Assembly: GCA_964016885.1 (NCBI GenBank)
Contig: OZ024740.1
Location: forward strand, 147,250,001 to 147,314,000
Origin: Eledone cirrhosa
Lineage: Eukaryota
DNA length: 64,000 nt
Direction: 5' to 3'
The notes under the pieces were generated by a model. The model was given only the letters and a program-made list of their open reading frames with translations. It searched no databases and was not told where the DNA came from. The position numbers and the translations under genes were made by a program. Below, piece after piece: positions 63,381-64,000 of the stretch (positions are counted from its first letter, which is position 1; each line of letters begins with the position of its first letter).

Positions 63381-64000
63381 TACAAATGAAATATAAATAA
63401 TTTTTTTTATCTAATTAGGAGACACCAAAAAATATGCTTAAACTCAGCCATGACAAATCTAAAATTTATGCATTAAGCCCTGCTATAATGTGTTAAATCT
63501 AATGCGTTTTGTGCTAAATTGTTAACACTAGTTGTGGTGGGTTATATATCCATACCAGGCAAACTTTCATATTTTCACTGCTGCAAGAAGTCGATTCTGT
63601 CTGTCAGCATATTTAGTGACTTGTTGCCTGACTAAGCTGTTTGTCTTGTTCTCTGTGTATGAGTTGCATAACAACCTTCCGAAGCACTTGTACTCAAATG
63701 CCTGGAATCTTTTTTCCATGTCAACAATAAGTGTCCAGCTTTAGCATAAATGTCTATCACAAATCTTCCACGATGTAATTGTTTCTCTTTCAACTCATGG
63801 TCTCAGACCAAGTTACTTGCTAAATAAATAGTCCCCAATTGCACCACAAAAAAAAAGAAAAAAACATATTTAACCATTTTGATACCAACTGCTTCTGGTT
63901 TTATGATACAATGCTATTTATTTGAAACAATTTATCATCAACATCATTACCATCATTGTTTTAAATCCATTTTTCCATGCTTGCATGGGTTGAATATATC

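Overview
AT-rich, repeat-dense eukaryotic genomic DNA, most likely from a coleoid cephalopod (Octopus-like). That assignment is inferred from the tRNA-derived SINE families, the RTE/CR1 LINE content and the (TA)n/(CA)n/(GA)n microsatellites. Two host genes are visible. One is an intronless 183-aa four-transmembrane protein on the minus strand (30812-31363). The other is the first six coding exons of a mitochondrial class-1 peptide release factor (MTRF1L/mtRF1a-type, PKT and GGQ motifs) on the plus strand (48465-62034, continuing past the window). The remainder is transposon debris: Helitrons (one with 23-aa STPR-like repeats), CR1, RTE and CRE-type LINEs, a Ty3/Gypsy-like pol relic, a Penelope-like GIY-YIG relic, hAT/pogo/Tc1/piggyBac-type MITEs and many SINEs. 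The most striking signal not shown by the ORF track is at least 13 type-I hammerhead-ribozyme motifs or relics with mostly unrelated stems. Many lie in short modules between (TA)n tracts or in fold-back structures, some look intact, and two carry a compensatory U3-A8 core. All calls were made by eye and repeat boundaries are approximate.
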